Source: Burkholderiales bacterium
GTDB taxonomy: Bacteria > Pseudomonadota > Gammaproteobacteria > Burkholderiales > SHXO01
Length of the DNA: 64,000 bases
Direction: 5' to 3'
Assembly: GCA_035501875.1 (NCBI GenBank)
Contig: DATJVI010000103.1
Span: 23,820-87,819, forward strand
How positions within the stretch are numbered: the first letter of the stretch is position 1; each line of letters opens with the position of its first letter. The translations under genes were made by a program, and so were the position numbers. Positions 38,248 to 47,603 of this stretch are shown here, piece by piece. The notes beneath the pieces are model-generated. The model did no database searches and was not told the DNA's origin. It saw nothing but the letters and a program-made list of their open reading frames with translations.

Positions 38248-39927
38248 CTAGTGCCAGGACCAGTTCCAGTACAGGCCCGACGGCGGGGTGTACTGATAAT
38301 CCGCTCCCTGGTCTTCGACGCCTATAGCGCCGCCCTCGCTTGTGGTGGATGTGGCGGTCGGATAGCCGTAATACACCACGTCGGTGCTGGAGGAGATGGC
38401 GCGCGACTGGATCGCGTTGTAGATCGGAACGGTCGGAGGAATGGAGTAGATCTGTGGAGGCACCGAGCTGGTCACTGTCCATGGGCCGGTCGCCTCCGTT
38501 GCATAGAACCACACTCCCTCCTGCACCGCGTACCAGTCATTGACGTCGACTTGTATGATCGGAACCGACGCGTTTGCGACGTAGTTGAGCTGCGTACCGG
38601 GGATGGGTTTGAGCACGGGGTCACCGCTCATGATCACCGACAGCGTGGCACTGCGTCGGTCGGCAGCGACGACCGTCGAGCCACCCCTCATCGTCGGTGC
38701 ACCCGCTTGCGTGTTCGCGATGGCGCGCTTCACGCTGCCCTTGGGGCTGTTGTCCGGAATGGCCCAGAAGTCGGCAGGCAGGTTCGGAGTCAGCAGATAC
38801 TCCCACGGCCCAGTCAACGCGCTTGCCCGGAACCAAGTGCCGCCGATGCGCACGTATATCCGCTTCGCATCGTCGCGGAACAGATGTGCTGTGGTGTTCG
38901 TTGCATATTCCAGGCTAGTCCCCGGAACGCGGGCGAAACGCGGAGCGCCGTCGAGCACGATGAGCGCCGTGGGCTGCGTGCTGACGATGATCCGTGGCAG
39001 GTGCCTATCCGACAGCGTGGGCCTCTGGCCTTGTGCATCCGGCTTGCCAGGCAGCAGATTCACGCGGCCGGAGGCACGCGCCGCTCGCTCCAACTCGGCA
39101 GCGCCGAACGTCGGAGATGCGACCTCCCACGGCCCCTGCAGCGACGCCGATCTCACCCAGCCGTTGTACAGGTGCAGGTAGTTCATCCCCGCGGCATCCC
39201 TGAGCAACAACACGCGAGTGTTGAGCAGTCCCATGAGCTGCGTGCCCTTGATCGCCACGTAGCGCGGCTCGCCGTCGATGTAGACGAGCACGGCGGGTTG
39301 CTCGGAGATGATGATGTTGGGCGCTTTGACGCTGACCGCCGCGCTCTGCTGGCGTGCGCGAGCCACCGCTTGGCCCGACTCCAGGCGCGAGAGCGCGATC
39401 GTCTTGATCTTGTCGGGCAAGGTCCAGCGCAGATATTCCTGCCATGCTTGGGTCGCCTCCGCCGGGCCCGAGAAGCTCGTACCGGTCACTTCCAGATCCT
39501 GGAGCACCACCACACCGGAGGCCGAATCCACCTGCGTGAGCGCCTTGATGGCCACCCAACCGTTCACCGACTTCTGGGCCGTGGATTCCGCAACCACAAG
39601 CGAGCCGGCCGCGAGCACACCGTCACGCCAAGAGTCGAGCAGCGGCTCGTGGACCTGGAACCTGACATCCTCTGAGGTCAGCATCAGCGGCCACGAGGTG
39701 GTAGCAGCGGCGGGCGCGGGCACCGCAGTGGCGGGCTGTTTGGCTGCGCCTGCTTGCGCTGGCGGAGCCTGCGGAGTGGCCGCCTGCTGCGGAAACAGAG
39801 AATGCAACTGCTCCGGCGGGGGCGCTTGCTCTTGCTTCGCGCTCTTCGATCCACAAGAAGCGAGGACAGGCACGGCGAGCGCTAACAGCGCGGCGCGACG
39901 GATCATCGTTCCCATGCGACTTGTCAT
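38248..39927 (-). CDS. Lipoprotein of unknown function, paralogue of 32646..35384
   Basis: 559 aa. Lipobox VLASCGS. Shares long colinear blocks with the 945-aa ORF (LNTRVLLLRDAAG versus LNTRVLLLKDPAG; GTWFRASALTGPWEY versus GRWFRASSFDGPWEF; WYAVQEGVWFYATEATGPW versus WYACQDGVWFSASSMSGPW). Confidence 0.75.
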   Translation of the reverse strand: MTSRMGTMIRRAALLALAVPVLASCGSKSAKQEQAPPPEQLHSLFPQQAATPQAPPAQAGAAKQPATAVPAPAAATTSWPLMLTSEDVRFQVHEPLLDSWRDGVLAAGSLVVAESTAQKSVNGWVAIKALTQVDSASGVVVLQDLEVTGTSFSGPAEATQAWQEYLRWTLPDKIKTIALSRLESGQAVARARQQSAAVSVKAPNIIISEQPAVLVYIDGEPRYVAIKGTQLMGLLNTRVLLLRDAAGMNYLHLYNGWVRSASLQGPWEVASPTFGAAELERAARASGRVNLLPGKPDAQGQRPTLSDRHLPRIIVSTQPTALIVLDGAPRFARVPGTSLEYATNTTAHLFRDDAKRIYVRIGGTWFRASALTGPWEYLLTPNLPADFWAIPDNSPKGSVKRAIANTQAGAPTMRGGSTVVAADRRSATLSVIMSGDPVLKPIPGTQLNYVANASVPIIQVDVNDWYAVQEGVWFYATEATGPWTVTSSVPPQIYSIPPTVPIYNAIQSRAISSSTDVVYYGYPTATSTTSEGGAIGVEDQGADYQYTPPSGLYWNWSWH

Positions 39928-40083
39928 TCCAGGGTGGGCCGCGCGAGCGGAGCGCGAGCGCTTGCAGGCGATGTTGATAGGTTAGCAGATTCATGACACA
40001 CTCGGACCGGGTTCCCGAGCAGCCCGTAGCTAAAATCCGGCGAGACCAAACCACCGACTGTGCACCGCCAGAGGAGACCACGC

Positions 40084-41532
40084 GTGCGATCGATCGAGGA
40101 GCGGAAGTTCTGGCGCACGATGCTCGCCGGCGCCGCGGTCGTCAGCATGCTGGGCGGATGTGCGTCGGAGCGGCAGCGCGAGGAGCAGCCGGCGGCGAAT
40201 CCGGCCCAGCAACAGGCCTTCGACGCGGCCGTCGACGCCTATATCTACGGCTATCCGCTCGTCACGATGGAGATGACCAGGCGCGTCATGACCAACGTGG
40301 CGGTCCCCGAGGGGGCGCGCGCGCCCATGGGCCAGTTCGCCAACGCGAGGCGCTACCCGACCGCAGCGTTCCGTGACATCACCGCTCCGAACGCCGACAC
40401 CCTGTACAGCACTGCTTGGATCGATGTCGCGAAGGAGCCCTATGTCCTAAGCCTGCCGGACGAGCATGGACGCTACTATCTGTTCCCGATCTACAGCGCC
40501 TGGACCGACGTCATCGCCGTCCCCGGCACGCGCACGACCGGGACGAAAGCGCAGAAGTACGCGATCACCGGTCCCGGTTGGAAGAGCACGCCGCTGCCCG
40601 CAGGCGTGCAGGAGATCAAATCGCCGACCAACCTCGTGTGGCTGATCGGCCGGACGTATTGCACCGGTGCGCCGGAGGACTACGCCGCCGTGCATGCGAT
40701 CCAGGACCTGTACTCGCTGGTGCCGCTGAGCTCCTACGGCAGAGCGTACTCGCCGCCTCCCGGCGAGGTCGATCCGAGCATCGACATGCAGACTGCGGTA
40801 CGTGCGCAGGTGAACCACATGAGCGGGGAGCAATTCTTCCAGATCATGGCTGCGCTGCTGAAGGAGAACCCGCCGGCAGCGGCGGACGCGCCGATGCTAG
40901 CCAAGCTGAGGACGATCGGCATCGTCCCGGGTCAGGAGTTCGACATCAAGCGGGTCGATCCGATCGTGGCCCAAGCGCTGGAACTCGCACCTCGGGCCGG
41001 TTGGGAGGAAATCGTCGGCCATGCCCAGGACGCGGGCAGAGTCTCGAACGGCTGGCGCATCGGCACCAAGACCGGAGACTACGGGACGGATTACCTCCAG
41101 CGCGCTCTGGTCACCGCCATCGGTCTGGGAGCCAACCGGCCGCAGGATGCGGTGTATCCCTTCACGCGCACGGACAGCGAAGGCAACAAGCTATCGGGCG
41201 CGTACCGGTATGTCGTGCGCTTCCCCAAGGGGCAGACGCCGCCGGTCAAGGGCTTCTGGTCGTTGACGATGTACGATGGCCTGTTCTTCTTCGTGGCGAA
41301 CCCATTGAACCGCTATACGCTGAGCCCGCGCAATCCGCTGAAGTACAACGCAGACGGCTCGCTCGATCTGTATATCCAGGCAAACGATCCGGGCGGCGAC
41401 AAGCAGTCGAACTGGCTTCCGGCCCCCGACGGCGACTTCATCCTGATGCTGCGGTTATATTGGAACCCGGACACCTCACCGACCGTACTGAACGGCAGCT
41501 GGAACCCGCCTCCGGTGGTCCGCGTGAAATAG
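40084..41532 (+). CDS. DUF1254 / DUF1214 domain lipoprotein
   Basis: Start uncertain: GTG 40084 after GGAG, or ATG 40120. Lipobox MLGGC. Motifs YIYGYPLVTMEMTRRVMTN, YLFPIYSAWTDV and WSLTMYD are typical of the DUF1254-DUF1214 pair. Confidence 0.8.
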   Translation: MRSIEERKFWRTMLAGAAVVSMLGGCASERQREEQPAANPAQQQAFDAAVDAYIYGYPLVTMEMTRRVMTNVAVPEGARAPMGQFANARRYPTAAFRDITAPNADTLYSTAWIDVAKEPYVLSLPDEHGRYYLFPIYSAWTDVIAVPGTRTTGTKAQKYAITGPGWKSTPLPAGVQEIKSPTNLVWLIGRTYCTGAPEDYAAVHAIQDLYSLVPLSSYGRAYSPPPGEVDPSIDMQTAVRAQVNHMSGEQFFQIMAALLKENPPAAADAPMLAKLRTIGIVPGQEFDIKRVDPIVAQALELAPRAGWEEIVGHAQDAGRVSNGWRIGTKTGDYGTDYLQRALVTAIGLGANRPQDAVYPFTRTDSEGNKLSGAYRYVVRFPKGQTPPVKGFWSLTMYDGLFFFVANPLNRYTLSPRNPLKYNADGSLDLYIQANDPGGDKQSNWLPAPDGDFILMLRLYWNPDTSPTVLNGSWNPPPVVRVK

Positions 41533-41752
41533 TCGCCGAGGCGTGACAGCAGGCGGGGGCACGAACATATCGCTTTGTCCGACGCCATGCGCGCCGAGCG
41601 AAGCAACCGCAGAACGAAAAAAGCGCAGAGCGCGCAGGGCATACACCGCGCGACGGCCGCCCCGGCTGTCAATCGGGCGAAGAGGGACTAAACTAATTCA
41701 GTCGAGCGGCAAGATCGGGGCTCGTGATGGGTCTGTTCTCGCGGAGTCGCGA

Positions 41753-42229
41753 ATGAACTGGGATGCGGTTCGAGTAGGCGCGGCGTGGTTCGCCGGCGGA
41801 TTCGTCTTCGGCAGTCTCGTCGAGTACTGGGGGCATCGCTTGATGCATTCGGTGCGGTGGTTAGGCAAGGTGCACTGGGAGCATCATGCTCGTGGGACCG
41901 GCCAAGGCGTATGGCTGGAGTATCTCGACTACGTCAAGGGCACGTGGTGGCTGATGCTGCTGCCGCTGCTCATCTCACTGCCTGGAGGCGTCGGCTGGCT
42001 GCTGGGAGCCAACGCATTCGCCCTGTTCTCGGCATTCTCGCATCAGTTGCAGCACCAGCAGCCGGAGAAGTGCTTTTGGATGCCGATGCCGATCCACTTC
42101 GTCCATCACGCGCTCAACCAGTGGCATCACAATTTCGGCATGGCGCTCGACATCTGGGACCGGGTCTTCGGCACGTACAAACCGCTGGAATGGCGCGATG
42201 AGCAGGAGCTGACGACTCCGCAGCGCTGA
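41753..42229 (+). CDS. Fatty acid hydroxylase / sterol desaturase superfamily membrane protein (short form)
   Basis: 158 aa from MNWDAVRVG (Met71 of the track ORF). His boxes WGHRLMH, HWEHH, HHALNQWHHNFG. Confidence 0.65.
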   Translation: MNWDAVRVGAAWFAGGFVFGSLVEYWGHRLMHSVRWLGKVHWEHHARGTGQGVWLEYLDYVKGTWWLMLLPLLISLPGGVGWLLGANAFALFSAFSHQLQHQQPEKCFWMPMPIHFVHHALNQWHHNFGMALDIWDRVFGTYKPLEWRDEQELTTPQR

Positions 42230-42447
42230 TCGCCGAACACGTAGCGCTGGGCGGGTATTCCGGCATCGCGTAGCGCTACCATTCTCCCTGCGCGCTAGCG
42301 GTCGCGGGGAGGCGCAAGTCACCGCCCGGCATGGAAGGACGCGTCGGGAAGTGGATGCTCCGATCACCACGGCCGCCGCTCGCAGATCCCACGAGCGAAT
42401 GAATAAAGCATAGCCGTTACCTCAGCGCAGTCCCACGAGCCACGCTT

Positions 42448-43839
42448 GTGAATCGCGATCCAAGAGCGCTCCTCGAGGCCATGCAGCACGCGATCTGGAC
42501 CGGTCAGCCGGATTCGATGCCGCGCTGGAGGGGACTGCTCGTGCGTGTGGCACGCCTGTCGGCGGTGCTGAGCCGGGACCTCGTTTACGGGCAGCTCAAC
42601 CTGTGGGCGATGAGCTTGGTCTACACCACGCTGCTGTCGATCGTGCCCTTGCTGGCGTTCAGCTTCTCGGTGCTCAAGGCCTTCGGCGTGCACAACCAGA
42701 TCGAGCCGATGTTGCGCCAGTTCCTCGCACCGCTCGGCAGCGAGGGCGACGAGCTCAGTCAGCGGCTGATCCAGTTCATCGACCACATGAACGTCGGAGT
42801 TCTCGGATCCGTCGGACTCGCGTTGCTTCTGTACACGGTGGTCTCGCTGGTGCAGAAGATCGAGGAGTCGTTCAACTTCATCTGGCACGTCTCGCAGCCG
42901 CGGAGCCTCGCCAATCGCTTTACGCTATACCTGAGCGTGCTGCTCGTGGGACCGATCTTCGTGTTCGCGGCGATCGGGCTCACCGCCGCGGCGATGAACA
43001 TCGAACTCGTGCGCCAGCTTCTGGCGCTGCAGCCGCTCGGGTGGATGGTCTACGCGACCGGGAAGCTCACGCCCTATGTGCTGGCCGTCGCCGCCTTCAC
43101 CTTCATCTACCTGCTGGTCCCGAACACGAATGTCCGGCTCGGTCCGGCGTTGATCGGTGGCATCGCCGGCGGGGTCCTGTGGCAGTTGGGCGGATGGGGT
43201 TTCGCGCGATTTGTGGCGTCATCGACCAGGTATCCGGCCATCTACTCGGGATTCGCCGTGGTCATCCTGTTCATGTTCTGGCTGTATCTGAGCTGGTTGA
43301 TCCTGCTGTTCGGGGCGAGCGTAGCCTTCTACCGACAGCATCCCGAGTATCTCATCGCACGCGGCGGCGAGCCGGCGCTGAGCAGCCGAATGCGCGAGCG
43401 CCTCGCGCTGGCCATCATGAGCCTGATCGGAAGGCATTACCGGACGGGCGATCCGGCGTGGAAGCTGCGGCAGCTCACCCGCGTCCTGCGCGTGCCCATG
43501 CACTCGGTGCAGGTGGTCCTCGACGCCCTGGAGCAAGGCGGGCTGCTCGCCCGGAACAGCGAAGACCCGCCCGGTTATCTGCCGGTGTGCGACCTCAACT
43601 CGGTCCCGGTGAAGCGGCTGTTGGACACCGTCCGAGCGGCCGGGGAGGAAGGCTTCTTGAATCCGGGCGCGCTGCCGGTCCCGAGCCCGGTGGAACGCGT
43701 GATTCAACGCCTGCAGGAGGCGATGGATGCGGCGGTCGACGATGTGAATGTCATGGAGCTCGCCGGCGACCCCCATGCCGGGACCGGCGCGCCGAGCCCC
43801 TCGCGCAGCCACCCCGCCGAGGCTTCAGATCAGCGGTAG
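42448..43839 (+). CDS. YihY/BrkB family membrane protein with C-terminal soluble extension
   Basis: 463 aa, GTG start. Six-TM YihY-like core (LVYTTLLSIVPLLAFSFSVL, GFAVVILFMFWLYLSWLILLFGA) followed by a ~150-aa wHTH-like tail. Confidence 0.75.
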   Translation: MNRDPRALLEAMQHAIWTGQPDSMPRWRGLLVRVARLSAVLSRDLVYGQLNLWAMSLVYTTLLSIVPLLAFSFSVLKAFGVHNQIEPMLRQFLAPLGSEGDELSQRLIQFIDHMNVGVLGSVGLALLLYTVVSLVQKIEESFNFIWHVSQPRSLANRFTLYLSVLLVGPIFVFAAIGLTAAAMNIELVRQLLALQPLGWMVYATGKLTPYVLAVAAFTFIYLLVPNTNVRLGPALIGGIAGGVLWQLGGWGFARFVASSTRYPAIYSGFAVVILFMFWLYLSWLILLFGASVAFYRQHPEYLIARGGEPALSSRMRERLALAIMSLIGRHYRTGDPAWKLRQLTRVLRVPMHSVQVVLDALEQGGLLARNSEDPPGYLPVCDLNSVPVKRLLDTVRAAGEEGFLNPGALPVPSPVERVIQRLQEAMDAAVDDVNVMELAGDPHAGTGAPSPSRSHPAEASDQR

Positions 43840-44092
43840 CGGGGCAGCCGAGACGGCGAACGGCGCCATGGGTCCGCAGGCAGGCTGGGCCACGGCGCCA
43901 GGGCACACCGGCGGGCCGACCCGCAGCCGCGCAAGGGCCGCGGTTCAGCAGCGCGTCATCCGGGGAGCGGAGCCGGATCGCTTGCCCGCCGCTTGTGTTG
44001 CTTACGCCACACCTTTTGGGGCCGTTTTCCTTCGAATCCAATCCCAGTGTAATATGCGCGCAACACATCCGCCGCTTGCCAGAGGTGCCTAG

Positions 44093-45343
44093 ATGCACAT
44101 TCCGACCCCCCCTAGGGCCGAAAAAACCGTGCGCAGCATTGTGACAGAGCGCAGCCGACCGAGCATCTTCGACAAGTGTCTCGGGTTCACCCAGGCCGAT
44201 GAGACCAAGGCGCTGGGGATCTATCCCTATTTCCGGCTGATCGAGACAGGACAAGACACCGAAGTCGTCGTCGACGGCCATAAGATGCTCATGCTCGGCT
44301 CGAACTCCTACCTCGAGCTGACCACTCATCCCAAGGTGAAGGAGCGCGCCATCGAGGCCATCCGACGCTACGGGACGGGCTGCGCGGGGTCGCGCTGCCT
44401 CAACGGCACGCTGCCCATCCACGTCGAGCTGGAGGAACGCCTTGCGGCCTTGGTGGGCAAGGAAGCCGCTCTAGTCTACAGCACCGGCTTCCAGACCAAC
44501 ACCGGCGTGATTTCGTGTCTCGTGCAGCGCGGCGAGTACATCGTCTCCGACAAGCTGAACCACGCCTGCATCGTCGACGGGGCGATGCTCTCCGCGGGCA
44601 CGATGGTCCGCTACAACCATAGCGACATGGAAGATCTCGAGCGGCGGCTCTCGGAGTTGCCCGCTTCCGCGGCCAAGCTGCTCGTCTCGGACGGGGTCTT
44701 CTCGATGGAAGGCGACATCTGTAAGCTCCCCGACATGGTCCGCCTCGCGCGGAAGTACGGCGCCCAGGTGATGCTCGACGATGCCCACTCGATCGGCGTG
44801 CTCGGTCCCGGCGGGGCGGGAACCGCAGCGCACTTTCGGCTCACCGACAGCGTCGACCTGATCATGGGCACGTTCTCCAAGTCGCTGGCGGCGATCGGCG
44901 GCTTCATCGCCTCTTCGGAGAGGGTGATCAATTACCTCAAGCATCACTCGCGGCCGTTCGTCTTCTCCGCCTCGGCAGCGCCGGCCAGTGTCGCAGCAGT
45001 CCTCGCCGCGCTCGACATCATTCGCGACGAGCCCGAGCGCATCGAGCGGCTGTGGGACAACGCGCGTTTCATGAAGCAGGGGCTGGACGCGCTCGGGTTC
45101 GACACCGGGTCCTCGCAGACTCCGGTCATTCCCATCGTGGTGGGCGAACTGGAACGCTGCTTCAAGGTTTGGCGCTGGCTGCACAACGAGGGGATCTTCG
45201 TCAACCCCGTGGTGCCGCCCGCCGTGCCGCCCGGGCGGACTCTGGTGCGGATTTCACTCACCGCCGGCCACACCCGCCAACAGCTCACCTGGGCCCTGGA
45301 GAAGCTCGCCGAGGCCGGACGCAAGTTCGCGCTGATCAGGTGA
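44093..45343 (+). CDS. Alpha-oxoamine synthase, serine palmitoyltransferase-like (PLP-dependent)
   Basis: 416 aa. Motifs: GSNSYLELTTHPKV, GSRCLNGTLPIHVELE, DDAHSIGVLGPGGAGT, PLP-Lys block GTFSKSLAAIGGFIA. Colinear by eye with Sphingomonas SPT, recalled from memory. Confidence 0.85.
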   Translation: MHIPTPPRAEKTVRSIVTERSRPSIFDKCLGFTQADETKALGIYPYFRLIETGQDTEVVVDGHKMLMLGSNSYLELTTHPKVKERAIEAIRRYGTGCAGSRCLNGTLPIHVELEERLAALVGKEAALVYSTGFQTNTGVISCLVQRGEYIVSDKLNHACIVDGAMLSAGTMVRYNHSDMEDLERRLSELPASAAKLLVSDGVFSMEGDICKLPDMVRLARKYGAQVMLDDAHSIGVLGPGGAGTAAHFRLTDSVDLIMGTFSKSLAAIGGFIASSERVINYLKHHSRPFVFSASAAPASVAAVLAALDIIRDEPERIERLWDNARFMKQGLDALGFDTGSSQTPVIPIVVGELERCFKVWRWLHNEGIFVNPVVPPAVPPGRTLVRISLTAGHTRQQLTWALEKLAEAGRKFALIR

Positions 45344-45347
45344 GCGC

Positions 45348-46478
45348 GTGGCCGATGGCCTGACGATCCTGCCGGCTACGGGCACGGCAGATCTCGAGCA
45401 GTACATCCGTTTCCCGTTCGGACTGTACGGTCAGTTTCCGCACTGGGTTCCGCCGCTGCTGATGGAGCGGCGCGATTTTCTGAACCCGCGCAAGAATCCG
45501 GTCTACGAGTATGCCGAGATCCAGCCGTTCCTGGCCCGGCGTGGCACGCGCGTCGTAGGCACGATCACCGCCCTCAAGAATACCCGCTTCGGCCAGTTCC
45601 ATCCCACCGAGAAACACGTCGGGTTTTTCGGGCTGTACGAATGCGAGCGCGATCCCGAAGCTTCGCGCGCATTACTCGCAGCGGCCGCCGAATGGCTCAA
45701 GGCGCGCGGGTTGTCGGTGATGCGTGGGCCGACGAACTTAACCACCAACGACGTCCTCGGCCTGCTGGTGGAAGGGTTCGACGACGACCCCGCCATCCTC
45801 ATGCCGTACAACCCGCCCTACTACGCGGAGCAGCTCGCTCAGTTCGGTTTCTCGAAGGCGAAGGACCTGTACGCACTAGAGGTGCGCGCGGAGCAATACA
45901 AAGGACAACTCGAGCCCTTAGCGCGCAGGGTACTGCAGAACAGCCGCATCCACGTCCGGTCGGTGGACCTGAAGCGCTGGCACGCGGAGCTGGAGTTCGT
46001 CCGGCGCTGCTACAACGAGGCGTGGGCCAACAATTGGGGCTTCGTTCCGTGGACCGATCGCGAGCTCGCCGCGATCGCGAAGGAGCTGAAGCCATTGATC
46101 GATCCGCGGCTCGCCTTCGTCGGCGAGGTCGACGGGAAGCCCGCAGCGATCGCGATCGCCGTGCCCGACGCCAACGAGGCGCTCAAGCTCGCACGCGGCC
46201 ACCTGTTCCCGCTCGGGCTCATCAAGATCCTGTGGCACGTGAAGGTCACGAAGTGCCGCCGGGTGCGCGTCCTGGCGCTGGGCGTGCTACCGCCGTATCG
46301 GCGGCTCGGGCTGGATGGCGTGCTCATCCAGCGCATGATCCAGAATGGAATTCCGCTGGGTTACGAGGGCGCAGAGGTGGGCTGGATCCTCGAAGATAAC
46401 GAGGCGATGTTGCGGCCGCTGCGACATATCGATGCCCGCCGGACCAAGGTGTACCGCGTCTACGACCGGACACTCTAG
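45348..46478 (+). CDS. GNAT-fold acyltransferase-like protein (candidate N-acyltransferase of the lipid cluster)
   Basis: 376 aa, GTG start 5 nt after the upstream stop. Pattern FFGLYECERDPEASRALL...MRGPTNLTTNDVLGLLVEGFDD...VLPPYRRLGLDGVL is typical of a widespread N-acyltransferase-like family. Confidence 0.6.
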   Translation: MADGLTILPATGTADLEQYIRFPFGLYGQFPHWVPPLLMERRDFLNPRKNPVYEYAEIQPFLARRGTRVVGTITALKNTRFGQFHPTEKHVGFFGLYECERDPEASRALLAAAAEWLKARGLSVMRGPTNLTTNDVLGLLVEGFDDDPAILMPYNPPYYAEQLAQFGFSKAKDLYALEVRAEQYKGQLEPLARRVLQNSRIHVRSVDLKRWHAELEFVRRCYNEAWANNWGFVPWTDRELAAIAKELKPLIDPRLAFVGEVDGKPAAIAIAVPDANEALKLARGHLFPLGLIKILWHVKVTKCRRVRVLALGVLPPYRRLGLDGVLIQRMIQNGIPLGYEGAEVGWILEDNEAMLRPLRHIDARRTKVYRVYDRTL

Positions 46479-46622
46479 CGCCCGCGCCTGCATGCGGCCC
46501 TCGCTGCACACAGCGCAGGCTTGCCGGTCGGACGATCTCGCGACGCGCTTGCGGGCTTGGCACGAGCCGACCGTGCGGCGAAATCCGTTCGGACTCGCGT
46601 CGGCTGCCGCCGGCGCTGACGC

Positions 46623-47603
46623 ATGCTCGCGCTGGTAACGGGCGGCCAAGGATTCATCGGCTCCCACCTCTGCGCGCGCCTCGTGGCGGAAGGCCACCGT
46701 GTGCGGGTGCTCGCTCGTCCCTCGAGCGATCTCGGCGGCCTCGCCGGACTCCAGCTCGACGTCGTGCGCGGCGACCTTACGGAACCTGCGAGCCTGGCAC
46801 CTGCAGTGTCCGGCGCGGACGTCGTGTTCCACCTCGCCGGAGCGCTCAAGGGACTGCGCGAGACGGACTTGTTCCGCGTCAATGCGGACGGCACGAACAA
46901 CCTCGTGGCTGCTGCCGCCGCAGCCGAGCCGCCTCCAGCGCGCTTCGTTTACGTCTCGAGTCTCGCCGCCGCCGGAGCGAGCCCGGGCGGCACCGTGCCT
47001 CGCACCGAAGAGATGCCTCCGCAGCCGCTGACCTGGTACGGGCGCAGCAAATTTGCCGGTGAGCAGGCCGTCCGGTCCGTCGCGAGCCTCGCTTGGACAA
47101 TCGTCCGGCCGCCCATCGTCTTCGGTCCACGCGAACGCGACGTCTACGGTTACTTCCGCATCGCGCGCCACGGTCTTCTGCCGGTCGTGGGCTTTTCCGA
47201 CCGCTACTTCTCGTTGCTCTACGTCGAGGATCTCGCCGATGGCTTGATCCGGGCCGCCGCAGCTCCGAGTGCCATCGGCCAGGTGTACTTCCTTGCGGGC
47301 CCGGAAGTCGTGAGCTGGCTCGAGCTCGGACGGCTGATCGCCAGCGCGCTGGGTGTAACCGGGCGCGTGCTGCGCCTGCCGGAAATCGTTGCGGTGGGAG
47401 CGGGAGCGCTCGCCGACCTGTTCGCCCGCGTGCGTGGACGACCCGAGATCTTCAGTTCGCAGAAAGTGATCGAGATCCTCGCGCGGGCGTGGGTGTGCAG
47501 CGCCGAGAAGGCCGCGCGCGACTTCGGCTGGCGTGCCGCGACCCCGCTGCCCGACGCGTTGCGGGCGACTGCCCGCTGGTACCGCGAGCATGGCTGGCTC
47601 TGA
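46623..47603 (+). CDS. NAD-dependent epimerase/dehydratase (extended SDR) family protein
   Basis: 326 aa. Rossmann motif LVTGGQGFIGSHL and catalytic YGRSKFAGE (YxxxK). Confidence 0.85.
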   Translation: MLALVTGGQGFIGSHLCARLVAEGHRVRVLARPSSDLGGLAGLQLDVVRGDLTEPASLAPAVSGADVVFHLAGALKGLRETDLFRVNADGTNNLVAAAAAAEPPPARFVYVSSLAAAGASPGGTVPRTEEMPPQPLTWYGRSKFAGEQAVRSVASLAWTIVRPPIVFGPRERDVYGYFRIARHGLLPVVGFSDRYFSLLYVEDLADGLIRAAAAPSAIGQVYFLAGPEVVSWLELGRLIASALGVTGRVLRLPEIVAVGAGALADLFARVRGRPEIFSSQKVIEILARAWVCSAEKAARDFGWRAATPLPDALRATARWYREHGWL

